From: Vicugna vicugna
Lineage: Eukaryota
DNA: 33,587 bases
NCBI GenBank assembly: GCA_013265495.1
Contig: MU058725.1
Coordinates: 62,001-95,587 of the forward strand
Direction of reading: 5' to 3'
The notes beneath the pieces are model-generated. The model was not told where the DNA came from and made no database searches. It saw only the letters and a program-made list of their open reading frames with translations. Position numbers and translations under genes: made by a program. Positions 13,495-23,560 of the stretch are shown one piece after another (within the stretch, counting starts at the first letter, position 1; the number at the start of each line of letters is the position of its first letter).

Positions 13495-13640
13495 TTCCTG
13501 GGAGGGCTGGAGGGTTTGTTAACACCCAGATTGCTCGCCCTACCCACCCAGAGGGTTCCTGATCTAGGAGGTCTGGGGTAGGGCCTGAGAAATTGCATTT
13601 CTAAAAGTTAACAGTGACACGAGGCAGCTGGACTCAGAGT
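13495..13640 (+). mobile_element. MER5A-like hAT-Charlie element
   Basis: ggagggtttgttaacacccagattgct...ccccagag...ggtctggggtagggcctgagaaattgcatttctaa. Confidence 0.75.
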
Positions 13641-13649
13641 AAGAGCCCT

Positions 13650-14050
13650 ACAGACATGTTAGCATCATGTGCAAAAGGAAAGCCATCATCCTTCCCTCAA
13701 CCCACTCTTTCTGTGTGTTGTGTATGGGGAACAGCAGCACCATCCACCCAGTTTCCTCTGCCAGAAATCTGGGGATTGTCTCCCTTTTGTCTCCCTCCAC
13801 TTCTGGGTAACTGATCACCAGGTCCTTAGTATCACCTCTCCTCGATCTGCCCCCTCTGATACTTCCCCTTCTCCCCCACCTCAGGGCCTGGGCCCAGCCT
13901 CATTCACACTCCCTCCCTCCTGTGTGTCCCTGCACCAGCCTCCCAAGGAGGCACCAGCTTCCCTCCTCACCTGTTCTGGTCCATTCTCCATGTCACTTGG
14001 CAGCATGGTCCTGACCAGCTGAGCCATCAATCCCATCATAGGATTCCCCA
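13650..14050 (+). mobile_element. L2 fragment (continues a piece at ~13150-13260)
   Basis: gcagcaccatccacccagtttcctctgccagaaatctgggga; upstream piece cacatctaactgcctagtagatat. Confidence 0.6.
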
Positions 14051-14171
14051 TTCATTCCCTTCAGGAGTCTTTCTGCCTGGAGGCCTCCCATTATCATTCT
14101 TCAGCCCCCACCCCCATCAGGGCTGGGCAGCTGTGTGTGCTCTGGGATCCTTGCACCCTCTCCATCCCCAT

Positions 14172-14732
14172 GGCTTATTGAAGTGTATCAGGTTTACAGT
14201 GTTGTGTTAGTGCCTGCTGTATAGCACAGTGATTCAGTTATACATGTATATATAATGTTTTTCATATTCTTGTCCTTATAGTTTGTTAATAGTTACTGGA
14301 TATAGTTTCCTGTACTATAAAGTGGTCCTTGTTGTTTATCTGTTTTGTGTATAGTTGTGCATACCTGCTAATCCCACACTCCTAATTTAACCCTCAACAA
14401 CACTTTTATTCTGGTAACCATAGTTTGTTTTCTATGTGTGTGAGTCTGTTTCTGTTTTATAAATAAATCCACGTGTATCATTTTTTTAGATTCCACATAC
14501 CAGTGATGTATTTGTCTTTCTCTGTCTGACTTACTTTACTTAGTATGATAAACGCCATGTCCAACCATGTTCCTGGAAATGACATTACTTCGTTCTTTTT
14601 TATGGCTGAGTAGTATTTCATTCTGTGCATATACGATGTCTTCCTTATCCACTCATCTGTCAGTGAACATTTAGGTTCATTCACTGTCTTGGCTATTGTA
14701 CATAGTGCTGCTGTGAACATTTGGGTGTATGT
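14172..14732 (-). mobile_element. Relatively young artiodactyl-type L1 3' end (ORF2 C-terminus plus 3'UTR)
   Basis: ORF 14478-14720 (MFTAALCTIAKT...EWIRK...KYYSAIKKNEVMSF...LSKVSQTEKDKY) is the L1 ORF2 C-terminus, followed by a 3'UTR ending near ttattgaagt. Confidence 0.9.
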
Positions 14733-14835
14733 CTAGGAAACCTAGAGACAGCCATACTAACAGAAGTCAGTCAGACAGACAAGGATAAATACTACATGAT
14801 ATAAATAATACAAGGCATCTAAACAAACTGCAAAA
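14733..14835 (+). mobile_element. Short sense-strand L1 ORF2 C-terminal fragment
   Basis: acctagagacagccatactaacagaagtcagtcagacagacaaggataaatactacatgata translates to LETAILTEVSQTDKDKYYMI. Confidence 0.7.
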
Positions 14836-15404
14836 CTGAGACCACTTTAAGATGAAGTCACTGTTACAGACTGCTTCTCAGGGGGTTACAAGCAAGCTGA
14901 GATACTCCAGCTGAGTAAAGAGCCTCTTGTTCCTGGTGACCTCACATCTGGTTCTACCAGGATTGGGCCTGGATAAAACCTGACAGCCACCCTCAGTCTT
15001 CGGGAGAAGCATTTAAAGACTGGAACATAAAGGAATTAGCAAATGAGATTGTCAAGTCTGTCTGGTGATGACAGACACCTTCTGCCTATGTGTCCCCGGG
15101 TCACTGCATGTTCAACCGAAGATAAGATGGCAGACTGTGTGACCAGAGAAGTGGACAGTTTCCCTGCCCACAGCACTGTGGCAATGAGTGTGGAGAGTGG
15201 AACCAGACTGTCTTTGCTCCAGTTTTAGCCCTGATAACTGCATGGCCGTCAGTTGTGAGCTCTGAACTCATAGCCAGGGCCTCAGACCATTCATTTGATT
15301 TGATTTGGGAATTAGAAACCCTGAGTATTCAGGGTGCTGTTGCCCATCCCTCCCATTTTGGAGCAGTGTTCTGCGGGTCACACAATGTATGAGTACTGGA
15401 TTAG

Positions 15405-15440
15405 ACACACACACACACACAAAGACAAACACAGACAAAC
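15405..15440. repeat. (CA)n microsatellite with degenerate tail
   Basis: acacacacacacacacaaagacaaacacagacaaac. Confidence 0.85.
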
Positions 15441-15882
15441 GTGCACCACAGTACATTAAATAAGGATTATGAGATGGGATCAGAAGAGGAACAGACATGG
15501 AGGAGGAAGTCAGAGGAAGATAACTTGGGTCGCAGGCAACACCTACAGGTGACATGACTCTCCAATTTTTTAGGCCTTATTCCACTTGCACCTGAGGACA
15601 TCCCTAGAAGTACTTTCTAGAATCATTCCCACTGTGCAGCTGGGGAGACACACCGGCCTGGACACACACCAGGACTTCCCCAGGATGGAGAACAGGTAAG
15701 GATGAGGAGTGGATTCTGGAAGCCAGGGCGTCTCCTCAAAGCTGCATGCAGACCCTCCTCGGCAGCTATAGAGACGGCGGGGCTGCTCTAACTGTGCAAG
15801 GTGCGGGCTTGCGTGGAGAAGGGCATGAGCAGGCAAGCAGCACAGAGGGCTGTGGGTGGAGGTGTTGTCTGAGGAGGGGGTT

Positions 15883-15912
15883 CCAGGAAGTGGACCCCAG
15901 GAAGTGACATCA
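15883..15912 (+). promoter_or_regulatory. Putative promoter of the RALGDS-like unit: tandem ETS sites plus a CRE-like element
   Basis: CCAGGAAGTG at 15883-15892 and 15897-15906; TGACATCA at 15905-15912; about 110 bp upstream of the ATG at 16020. Confidence 0.5.
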
Positions 15913-16019
15913 CATCCTTAACAGACCCCAACCGAAATGGAACCTGGTTACCAGGCACCCACATTCTAACGACGGCTCCAGAGCCAGCACACTTGGCTGG
16001 AGACAGTTGAAGACACAGG

Positions 16020-16157
16020 ATGTTCTCCTCTTGTTTCCCGGTCTCCCGGGGCTTCTCCACCAGAAAACCCTGGACTGCGAGGTTCTTCAGTGGCTGCAGG
16101 TGTCTGTGGAACCCTCCACCCAGGTGCCTGTGGCCTATTTTGAGGAGGTCACCGAAG
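16020..16157 (+). pseudogene. RALGDS-like exon 1 (novel N-terminus MFSSCFPVSRG...RRSPK, 46 codons)
   Basis: ATG 16020; phase-0 donor AAG|gtaaca; resembles the MFSCC-type N-termini of mammalian RALGDS-like paralogues (recalled). Confidence 0.7.
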
Positions 16158-16557
16158 GTAACACAGGGTGGCCTGGAGAAAGCCAGTCTGGGACTGGCCT
16201 TCCATAGGGGCCCTTCCTAGGCAGGCCCACTTTCCCTAATCTCCATGTCGCTGAAGGGGGACTTGAGAGGAGGTGTCCCCTCTGGGCAGGAATGGCTTGT
16301 TGAACACTTGGTGACCTGGGGGTCCTGTCATGGCCGCACCCAAGGACAGGGCTGATAAGGGGGAAAGAGGACCCCTGGGGGGCATCTTCTCTGGATCCAT
16401 GGGAATACAAGGCTCCCACTTTGTCAGCTTTTCTGCCCCTGAAGGCGGTCTGTGCAGACGGTGGTGGGTGGGTGTCAGGACTGGAGATGTCTAATGGGTC
16501 GGAGAATCAGACAGGGCTCTGAGGCTCCTGCCTGGCCTCTGGGCACTGTATTTACAG

Positions 16558-16668
16558 GACTCCACACACGGGACGGGACAGGACCTGGTCCACGGAGATC
16601 CCCGCTCCACCTCCCTGCAGGAGGCGCAGGTGCCCCACGACAGCAGCAGAGCCCAGGACGCGCTCAGG
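16558..16668 (+). pseudogene. RALGDS-like exon 2 (111 nt)
   Basis: tttacag|GAC...AGG|gtgagt; DSTHGTGQDLVHGDPRSTSLQEAQVPHDSSRAQDALR aligns ungapped to recalled RALGDS SSTQEIGEELINGVIYSISLRKVQLHHGGNKGQRWLG. Confidence 0.75.
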
Positions 16669-17303
16669 GTGAGTGCGAGCAAGGAGACTCCACACCCAGG
16701 AAGCCCCAGGCCCCACTGCTGCCCCGCTTCTCCCCTGGGCTGCCTCTTAAGAGAGCTGCTGGCAAAGGGATCTGATGCCCCGTCTCACCCATCTGCCGTC
16801 ACAACCCAGGTCCTGCCTTGGCCGGACGCAAAGTCAGTGCCCACGTATGAGTCCGAATCTCAGAAAGAGACTCGGACAGAACTTCAGTATACGTAAAGTC
16901 AAGGGTATTTCTGCATTTTCCTACACGTTGTCCTGTTTCTTCTCCATCCCCAAGTGTCCACATTAACCTGAAGACCCTGAGCCCTCCTACCCCAGGCTCA
17001 GCCACTGTGTTCTCATCCCTAGAACGGGATGTTGTGACAGCAGTCATGGGGATGAAGTGGTGCAGGCAGGGAGGGGCCGGCACTGCGGTGCCGACACAGG
17101 GATCCGAGACACTGATGCATTTCATCATCGCCCTTCACCCCTGGTACTGGTGATGCCGAGAACCATGGATCTGCTCAGGGCTCCCCTGTTCCACCTCAGG
17201 CACAAGAGCTTGAGGCTTGAGAATTCGGTCTAATCTCTAGCCCCAAGTGCCCGGGGGTCCCCGGTGCTGCCTCTGATTCATGTCTCTCCTCTTTCCACCC
17301 CAG

Positions 17304-17497
17304 GGGGGAGCTGGACCATCAGGGAGCAGGGATGCGACCTGCAGGGCTTGGAGCCTCCGGCAACACAGGCTGGAGAAGCTGGTGGCAAAGCTGGTGCCTG
17401 CCATCCTGGGCGGCCACCCCTCCTATGTGAACACATTTCTGGGCAATTATCGAACTTTTGCCACCGCCCAGTAGGTGCTGGACCATCTGTTCCGAAG
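17304..17497 (+). pseudogene. RALGDS-like exon 3 (194 nt, REM start, premature TAG)
   Basis: ccaccccag|GGG...GAAG|gtgagc; RLEKLVAKLVPAILGGHPSYVNTFLGNYRTFATAQ*VLDHLFR. Confidence 0.9.
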
Positions 17498-17609
17498 GTG
17501 AGCACTGTGTCTTCATGGGACATTGGGGACCTGGCTACCTACCAGCAGTGCCATGAGGCATTGTTCCTCTACCTCTCTGAGCCTCAGTGTCCCCCCTGCA
17601 CACTGGGGT

Positions 17610-17667
17610 CAAGAGAGGATCAGGCCCTAGGAGGATCAGGCCCAAGAGAGGATCAGGCACTAGGAGG
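17610..17667. repeat. Short tandem duplication, 33-bp period
   Basis: caagagaggatcaggc(c/a)ctaggagg occurs twice, with three copies of gaggatcaggc. Confidence 0.85.
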
Positions 17668-18166
17668 GTAGGAACAGAGGGAGACCTTCATGGAAGGTGC
17701 TCTCCGGGGACCTGGCTCATGGAAAGGGCAGCTGGTGGGGCTGTGGTTGCGTGAATTTGTCATTGTCCTCCTGCCCAAGAGCTAGCGTCTGCCTCCTGTG
17801 TCACTGGGACTTTGGCCTTGGGCACAACTGTTTTCCCATTTCAAAGGGGATCTGTGACACCATTAGCTGTCCCTGTCCTGGGAGAGTGAGATCAGGGATC
17901 CTTGGGAGGGACAAGTGGGGTCCCAGGCCCACTCAGATGTGCGCCATGGGGCCAGGTGGGCTCACTCACTCATTTGTCAAATGTATAGGAAGGGCCCCCA
18001 GGGACAAGGGCTTTTCTAGGATCAACCATCATTTAATGCATCGAGCAGACATCAACCCTGCCCTCCAGGGCTTCCATTCTCCCGGGACTCACACTGTCAC
18101 ACTAGACAGCACATCCAGCTAGTGTGCTCGGGACAGTCCATTTGATGCCTTCCTGCTCTCCTCTAA

Positions 18167-18226
18167 ATACGGATGCATCCTCCCTGTTACGGAAGAGGAC
18201 GGGGGACCCCTGCACCAGCTGAAACA
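18167..18226 (+). pseudogene. RALGDS-like exon 4 (60 nt, acceptor mutated)
   Basis: ctctaa|ATACGGATGC...AAACA|gtgagt; YGCILPVTEEDGGPLHQLK versus recalled RALGDS YGCILPYSDEDGGPQDQLK. Confidence 0.85.
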
Positions 18227-19177
18227 GTGAGTCCCTTGGATTGAAGCGGGAAGGACTCCTTCCCCAAATAGTGTGTGAAGCTCTGGGTTCTCTGTTTGGG
18301 CAGAGGTGGGCGGAATCCTGGATCCCGCATATCCTGCGAGTCTGGCTTGAGAGCAGAAGTCCTAGGGCTTCCCCTGGCAAAGAAGAGACGAGACCCAGAG
18401 AGCTGTGGATGGGACTGTGGCGCTGTGAGGGGCATCTGGGATGTCAGAGGACAGAGTCAAAACTGAAGAAAACTCACAAGCATCCCCTATCCATCCCATC
18501 CCTGCCCACATGCCCTTTGACAGACACAGAACATGAGGGGTGGGGAGCATCCTGCCCGCAATCTAGTGGAGCCTCAATGGTGGGGACTCAGCTGGTACTA
18601 AGGGGACCCAAGGAGCCTCAGGGGACAGCTGAGCCCACCCTTATGATGCTGAGTGGCAGGGGCAGAAGGAGACCCAGGCAGGGTTCCTGGATGATTCTGC
18701 ATCCAGCAGGTGCAGGAGCTAAAGTCTGAGGAGTGAGGAGGCCCGTGGGCAGCCTGGATGGCAGACACAGCCTGTCTGTTCCCTCCTGGCTCAGGCACTC
18801 ATAGAGCAGCTCCCGTGTCCCTTAGAGGGCAGTGGCCAGAGCACACAGCCTGCCTGTCCTCACAGATGTGCCATCCAGTGGAGAGGGGCAGGGAGAGGGA
18901 CATAGCAGTGTGACAGGAGTCCCTGAAGCGGTGGACATGTGGTCACACCATTGAGCCAGGGCTGTCCCTTCAGAAGGCTTGTAGCAGCCCCTCCTCTGTG
19001 TCCAAGCCTGCCTCTGCCCACACTAGCCAGCTGAGATGGGACATGGAGCAGAGCCGGCCTCTGGATGGGCAGGAGCCAAAGGCAAAAAGGCCCAGGTCCC
19101 TGCAGGTTCACCCTGGGAGCCCTGTGTGGTAGGAAAGGCCCAGGCTCTGACTCTGGTGTCCCTCTGACTACCCCCAG

Positions 19178-19371
19178 GGCCATGGCCTCCATCCTGGGCA
19201 CCTGGATGTTCCAGTACCCAGACGATTTCCACCAGCCTCCAGAATTCCCATGCTTGAAGACCGTTGTTGCTTACGTCGAGCTCAGCATGCCTGGCTCAGA
19301 CCTGGAGCGGCAGGCCCACCTCCTCCTGGCACAGCTGGAGCAACTCGAACTCCCAGAGGCAGACAGTGATG
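19178..19371 (+). pseudogene. RALGDS-like exon 5 (194 nt)
   Basis: cccccag|GGCC...GATG|gtgagg; AMASILGTWMFQYPDDFHQPPEFPCLKTVVAYVELSMPGSDLERQAHLLLAQLEQLE. Confidence 0.92.
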
Positions 19372-19565
19372 GTGAGGAGGATGCAGGGTGGGGGATCTGG
19401 TGGGTGGGGAGGGGAAGGCACTGGACCCCACAGAGCAGAGTCTGGGAAGACTCCCTGGGGGTGGAATCCTGGAGTGAGATTTGATTGAGTAGCAGTGAGG
19501 GCTCCCCTGGCTTTGGGAGACACGTGGGAAAGCAGTCCTATTGATGAGAGTTTCCCTTCTTGGAG

Positions 19566-19693
19566 CTACAGCACCAGCTCCAGAACCCACTGGGTAAACC
19601 CCTCTGGGTGGAGAGCCAGCTCCAGGTCTCCTGCCTGCGACAGCGCCAGAGCCAGAGCCTGAGCCAGAGCCAGAGCAGAGGGACGCGCTGTAA
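19566..19693 (+). pseudogene. RALGDS-like exon 6 remnant (Pro/Glu/Ala linker)
   Basis: ATAPAPEPTG*TPLGGEPAPGLLPATAPEPEPEPEPEQRDAL*; acceptor at 19565 or 19571 (both in frame); contains a (GAGCCA)n repeat. Confidence 0.7.
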
Positions 19694-21589
19694 GTATCAG
19701 TCTGGCTAGTCTGCCTCCCCTGCTTTCAGGGCTGGGATGCCCACTGTTCCTGAGGTGTCTGTGAATTTACAATTCCTGATTCTTCTCAGAGGTGATAACA
19801 TATTCCTTGGGAACTACTGTGTCTGGTTCAGTAATGGATGAAGATAATGACACCATTGTTTATTCGTTTAAATTTTACACAACTAAAACTTAAAATCAAG
19901 GCAGTACATTGCATTAAGGACAAGGATGCTCTTAGATATGTTCCCTGCAGGGGAAATTTATTTGCCACAGTGGCACCCACTTGAGCTCAGATGAGCAGAA
20001 ATATCCTTTGCAAAACATATCAGGTGCCGGGGAAACTGCAGGAAGTTCCAAGCCTCGGGCCAGGCATCCTGGGAGGTGCTTAGAGGTCTTTCCATCCCTC
20101 AGGGTCCCCCAGCAGTGACCCACTGCCCCAGCCTTCTCCAGTCCACAGGAGTGGACTCCATGCATTCACCTTCTGCAGGGGAGGGACCTCTGCCTTTCCC
20201 CCAAATCCAGAAATATGGGGTGGGGGCACCTATGATGTCCATCAGAATAAAGTCAGGGGATCCTGTGTTTTGAAGTGACTGAGTGAGGCCACTCTCAGCG
20301 ACCTCTATCTTCTCCACCTGAAGATGGATGCCCCCATGCACACAACATAGGTCCTCACACGGAGGAGATTCTGAGCTCTTCCTGAAGGGGGAAAGATAAA
20401 AGTCCCTGATTCAACTGGGAGCAGACAAAGGTGAGATCAGAGGACCCAGGGGAATGCCTGCCTGGGCTGAGGCTCAACCTTAATGTTTAGGAGCACAGGC
20501 TCAGTGTCGCTTTGTAGGACATGGCCAGAAATGATCACACCCAATTCTGAAGGCGAAACCAAGTTCACCTTGAGAAAAAGCCTCAGTACACAATCCCCGA
20601 CACCCCTTGTCGACTTCAAGTTTTTGGAAGCTTGAGATAATGTGTAGTTCGTGATGGTTCGGGTTTCACTCACATACTTCCAAGTTCTTAGAAAACCACA
20701 TACAACACCTGTCAGTCTTCTGATTCTGCTAAGGGCCCCACCTGGACAAACCTCTAAGGAGATGCTCCAGTGTCAGCCAGTCATGGGAAACTTGCAGTTC
20801 AGCTGCAAGTATCTGTAGTCAGGCTGCACAGGCCATCCAAGCCCCTTGCAAGTCGCCCACCTATGCGTTCTGTGGTTTGGCTTTTAGCAGTCCTTCAACC
20901 CATCAACCCCCGGGGTTCATACTGTCCATTACAGGTAAAAACTTTGTGTTCCTGGTTTGCAGATCTTGGAAAGAACAAACCAGCCCTTTTGCTTCAAGAC
21001 ATCCTGATTCTTTGCTGGGATTTAATTCTAATTTTAGGATGACATCAGAAACAGTGCATAACTTCTTTAGGTGAATGATGTCGAAATGCTTATTGAGAAT
21101 TTACTGTATGTCAAGCCCTTAGCAGAGAGCAGGCTGACAACTGATTGAGGAGCTTCCTGGTCTGGGAGAAGCTCTGAATCCACAAAAGGAGAGAAGCCAT
21201 GCTGGGAAGTGCCTGACATCCTTGGAATATGGTCAGGGCTTGTGCTCAGAAAGTACAGGGAGGGATCCTAGATTTAGAAACTGCCTGGGGAAGACAGGAC
21301 TGGGCTCCACTTTCAGAGATGAAGAAGACATGGTTGTGGAGGAAGCTGGCAGCAGGAGCAATGGAAGCAGGTCCTTAAAGACAAGGGATCAGAAGGAACA
21401 TGACACAGCTCTGAAAGTCATGTTTTCTAACATTTTCAGTGGAGACGATCATTGCACATGATAAGTGAAAAAATGACTGGTAATAGAGGGTCATCTCATG
21501 TTTTTCAAATTCAACATCATTTTAGATTCAATCTTAGACAAAGATACTTGCGATACATTTCAAAACTGTGGACATTTTTTATTGTTAAC

Positions 21590-21729
21590 NNNNNNNNNNN
21601 NNNNNNNNNNNNNNNNNNNNNNNNNNNNNNNNNNNNNNNNNNNNNNNNNNNNNNNNNNNNNNNNNNNNNNNNNNNNNNNNNNNNNNNNNNNNNNNNNNNN
21701 NNNNNNNNNNNNNNNNNNNNNNNNNNNNN
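21590..21729. other. Assembly gap (140 N)
   Basis: Run of N. Confidence 1.
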
Positions 21730-22984
21730 TTTGGGAGCAAGTGGTCTGCTCACAGGACAGTGGGGTTGTCCCTCAATCCTTAGGAGGCAATTCAAGGAGG
21801 GCAGTAGGCCTCAGTGGGAGTCACTTCAAAGGAAAAATCTGCTCAGCACAGCCAAGGTGGGTCCACACTGTCTTGTATCTTCCGAGCACTGATTCTGCTT
21901 TCCCCTGGGGAGCTCTGCTAAAATCCTGTGTATCCTTAAGGAGCATCAGGGTCAGAATAAAGAACACTGATGATAGGATCCATGGGAGTGGGACAGGTTA
22001 TGACTTTCATTACCTGATCCTTTGCCTACAACAGCCTTCCCTGTGCTATATTATAACCTATGCTCAGCCACGTGGGAGCGGAGTCCTCACTGAGGTTTTG
22101 AGCGTATTAAAGGTGTCATGCCTAGCAGAATCCCAAGAAGACATGCTCACTTTGCTGAATGAGGGAAAATAGGGCAGGTCTGAAAATGTATTTGAAACAG
22201 GGACTCTCCTGAATCTGTCCCCACAGCAGGTCATCATACATAGGCACCTTCCTCAGCTGCCAGGTCCTTTACACCTGATAACTTTCCCGAGGGTGTGTCT
22301 TTGGAGAATCATCTCCTAACTCTGGGTGATGGAAGAAGGATAATAATGAGCCATATTGTGTTTCCTTAGCATTCTGGGACATGGGGTTACTTTGTGGTAA
22401 GTGTAGCTCTTCAAAATCAGAGCCACCCTCTGACTTTGGGCCCCTGTGTTTCTAGAAGAGCCCAAGGGTCCAGGCCTCTCAGTAAGTAGGTCAGATCAAA
22501 GTCAGAGCAAGTGTGGGGTGAATGCCGTTTCCCTCTGGGGAGACACGCCTCTACCTTTACAGGAGGAATGGCTGTGGAGGGCGGGTACAGTGCCATTTTT
22601 GGATCACCTGTGTCCCCAGGGGCCCTTTGCAAGGGCCCACAATTCTTTTGGCAACCTCCTTTCAATTAGCCGTGTCCAGGGCAAATATAATATCTTGACA
22701 AAGAATGTTCCAATTCAATGTAAATAGACTTTCTCTACAAAGCCACAGGATGCAATGAAAATATTTAATCTAGAAAGAAGTCATTGACCTGGAAGAAAAT
22801 TGGTGCGCATTAAAGTGACCATCTCCTTCCCCGACAACTCGGTAAGCTCCTACTTATTGTGCAGGCAGCACTGTCCACCTGAGCTGCTGGCTGTGAAGCT
22901 GTTTGTTATTTCAGGAGCGCCTGTCCTGTCCCCCTGCGCTGCACTAACCCATGAGCATTGTGCTCAGGGATGAAGACGGCAACA

Positions 22985-23130
22985 CCAACAGCAGCTAGGC
23001 ATTGGGATTGCTTGAGAGGCACTTTCCAAAGGCAGATTTCCAGGCTCTGGCTCCTCAGTAGATCTGAGGAGTAGCCCAGGCATCTGCATTTTCCTGTGCA
23101 GGCAGGCCTGTGGAACAGTGTTTGGGCACG
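22985..23130. mobile_element. MER5-like fragment
   Basis: gcagatttccaggctctggctcc...gatctgaggagtagcccaggcatctgcatttt. Confidence 0.45.
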
Positions 23131-23189
23131 ATCAAGTAGTGGAGTGGACACTTTTGTCGTGCAGTCTCTTACAGGGATCCAGGCTCGGC

Positions 23190-23560
23190 CACTCATTCCT
23201 GTGGGCTCCCTGACCATGAATCTTGCAGCCTCGGTTTAGTTTTCTAGAAAAGGAATACATCATATATGGCTTGTGTAAACCCTGGGCAGCTTGTGGGGAT
23301 CAAGGGTGATGATATGAGTAACACAAGAAAACAGCTAATGTTTATTAACTATTGACCATGTTCTGGGCACCAGATGAAGCACTTTGCCTGCATAACTCAG
23401 TCTTTATAAAAAAAAAGTTGTATGTGGGAGTTACTTTCATTCTGTGACTTCTGTCTTAAAGATGAGTGAACTGAGACCCAGGGAGTTAGGCAATTTGTCT
23501 AAAGTCACTGAGCTTAGGACATGAGTTCAGGCATGAGAGCAGGGCCCAGGCTCCTCTCCA
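23190..23560. mobile_element. Two tail-to-tail MIR fragments (+ ~23190-23325, - ~23330-23560)
   Basis: gcctcggttt...ttgtggggatcaa; acagctaatgtttatt...agatgagtgaactgagacccagggagttaggcaatttgtctaaagtcac. Confidence 0.65.

Larger units (their letters stand above)
16020..19693 (+). pseudogene. Unprocessed, 3'-truncated RALGDS-like (Ral guanine nucleotide dissociation stimulator-like) gene copy, six exons
   Basis: Exons 16020-16157, 16558-16668, 17304-17497, 18167-18226, 19178-19371 and 19566-19693 splice in frame (825 nt). REM/RasGEF_N motifs LEKLV..LVPA, SYV.TFL..YRTF, SILGTW, PPEFPCLK, MPGSDLERQAHLLLAQLE. Stops at 17472-17474 and 19595-19597; exon-4 acceptor AG>AA. Confidence 0.9.

Noticed and set aside
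14478..14720. 80-aa ORF as a host gene
   Set aside because: It is the L1 ORF2 C-terminus
15057..15075. Hairpin GTCTGTC-N-GACAGAC
   Set aside because: A 7-bp stem is expected by chance, with no ncRNA context
16810..16892. Extra exon in RALGDS-like intron 2 (cccag|GTCCTG...PDAKSVPTYESE)
   Set aside because: Available donors are weak and give 35 or 83 nt (frameshifting); resemblance to RALGDS is too faint
17610..17667. CRISPR-like repeat-spacer pattern
   Set aside because: Mammalian DNA, only 2-3 short units and no unique spacers; a simple slippage duplication
19065..19484. 139-aa single-exon ORF
   Set aside because: Only 19178-19371 is RALGDS-like and it is bounded by splice sites; the rest is intron read-through
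21452..22172. Long ORFs of up to 224 aa
   Set aside because: Artefacts of translation through the N gap
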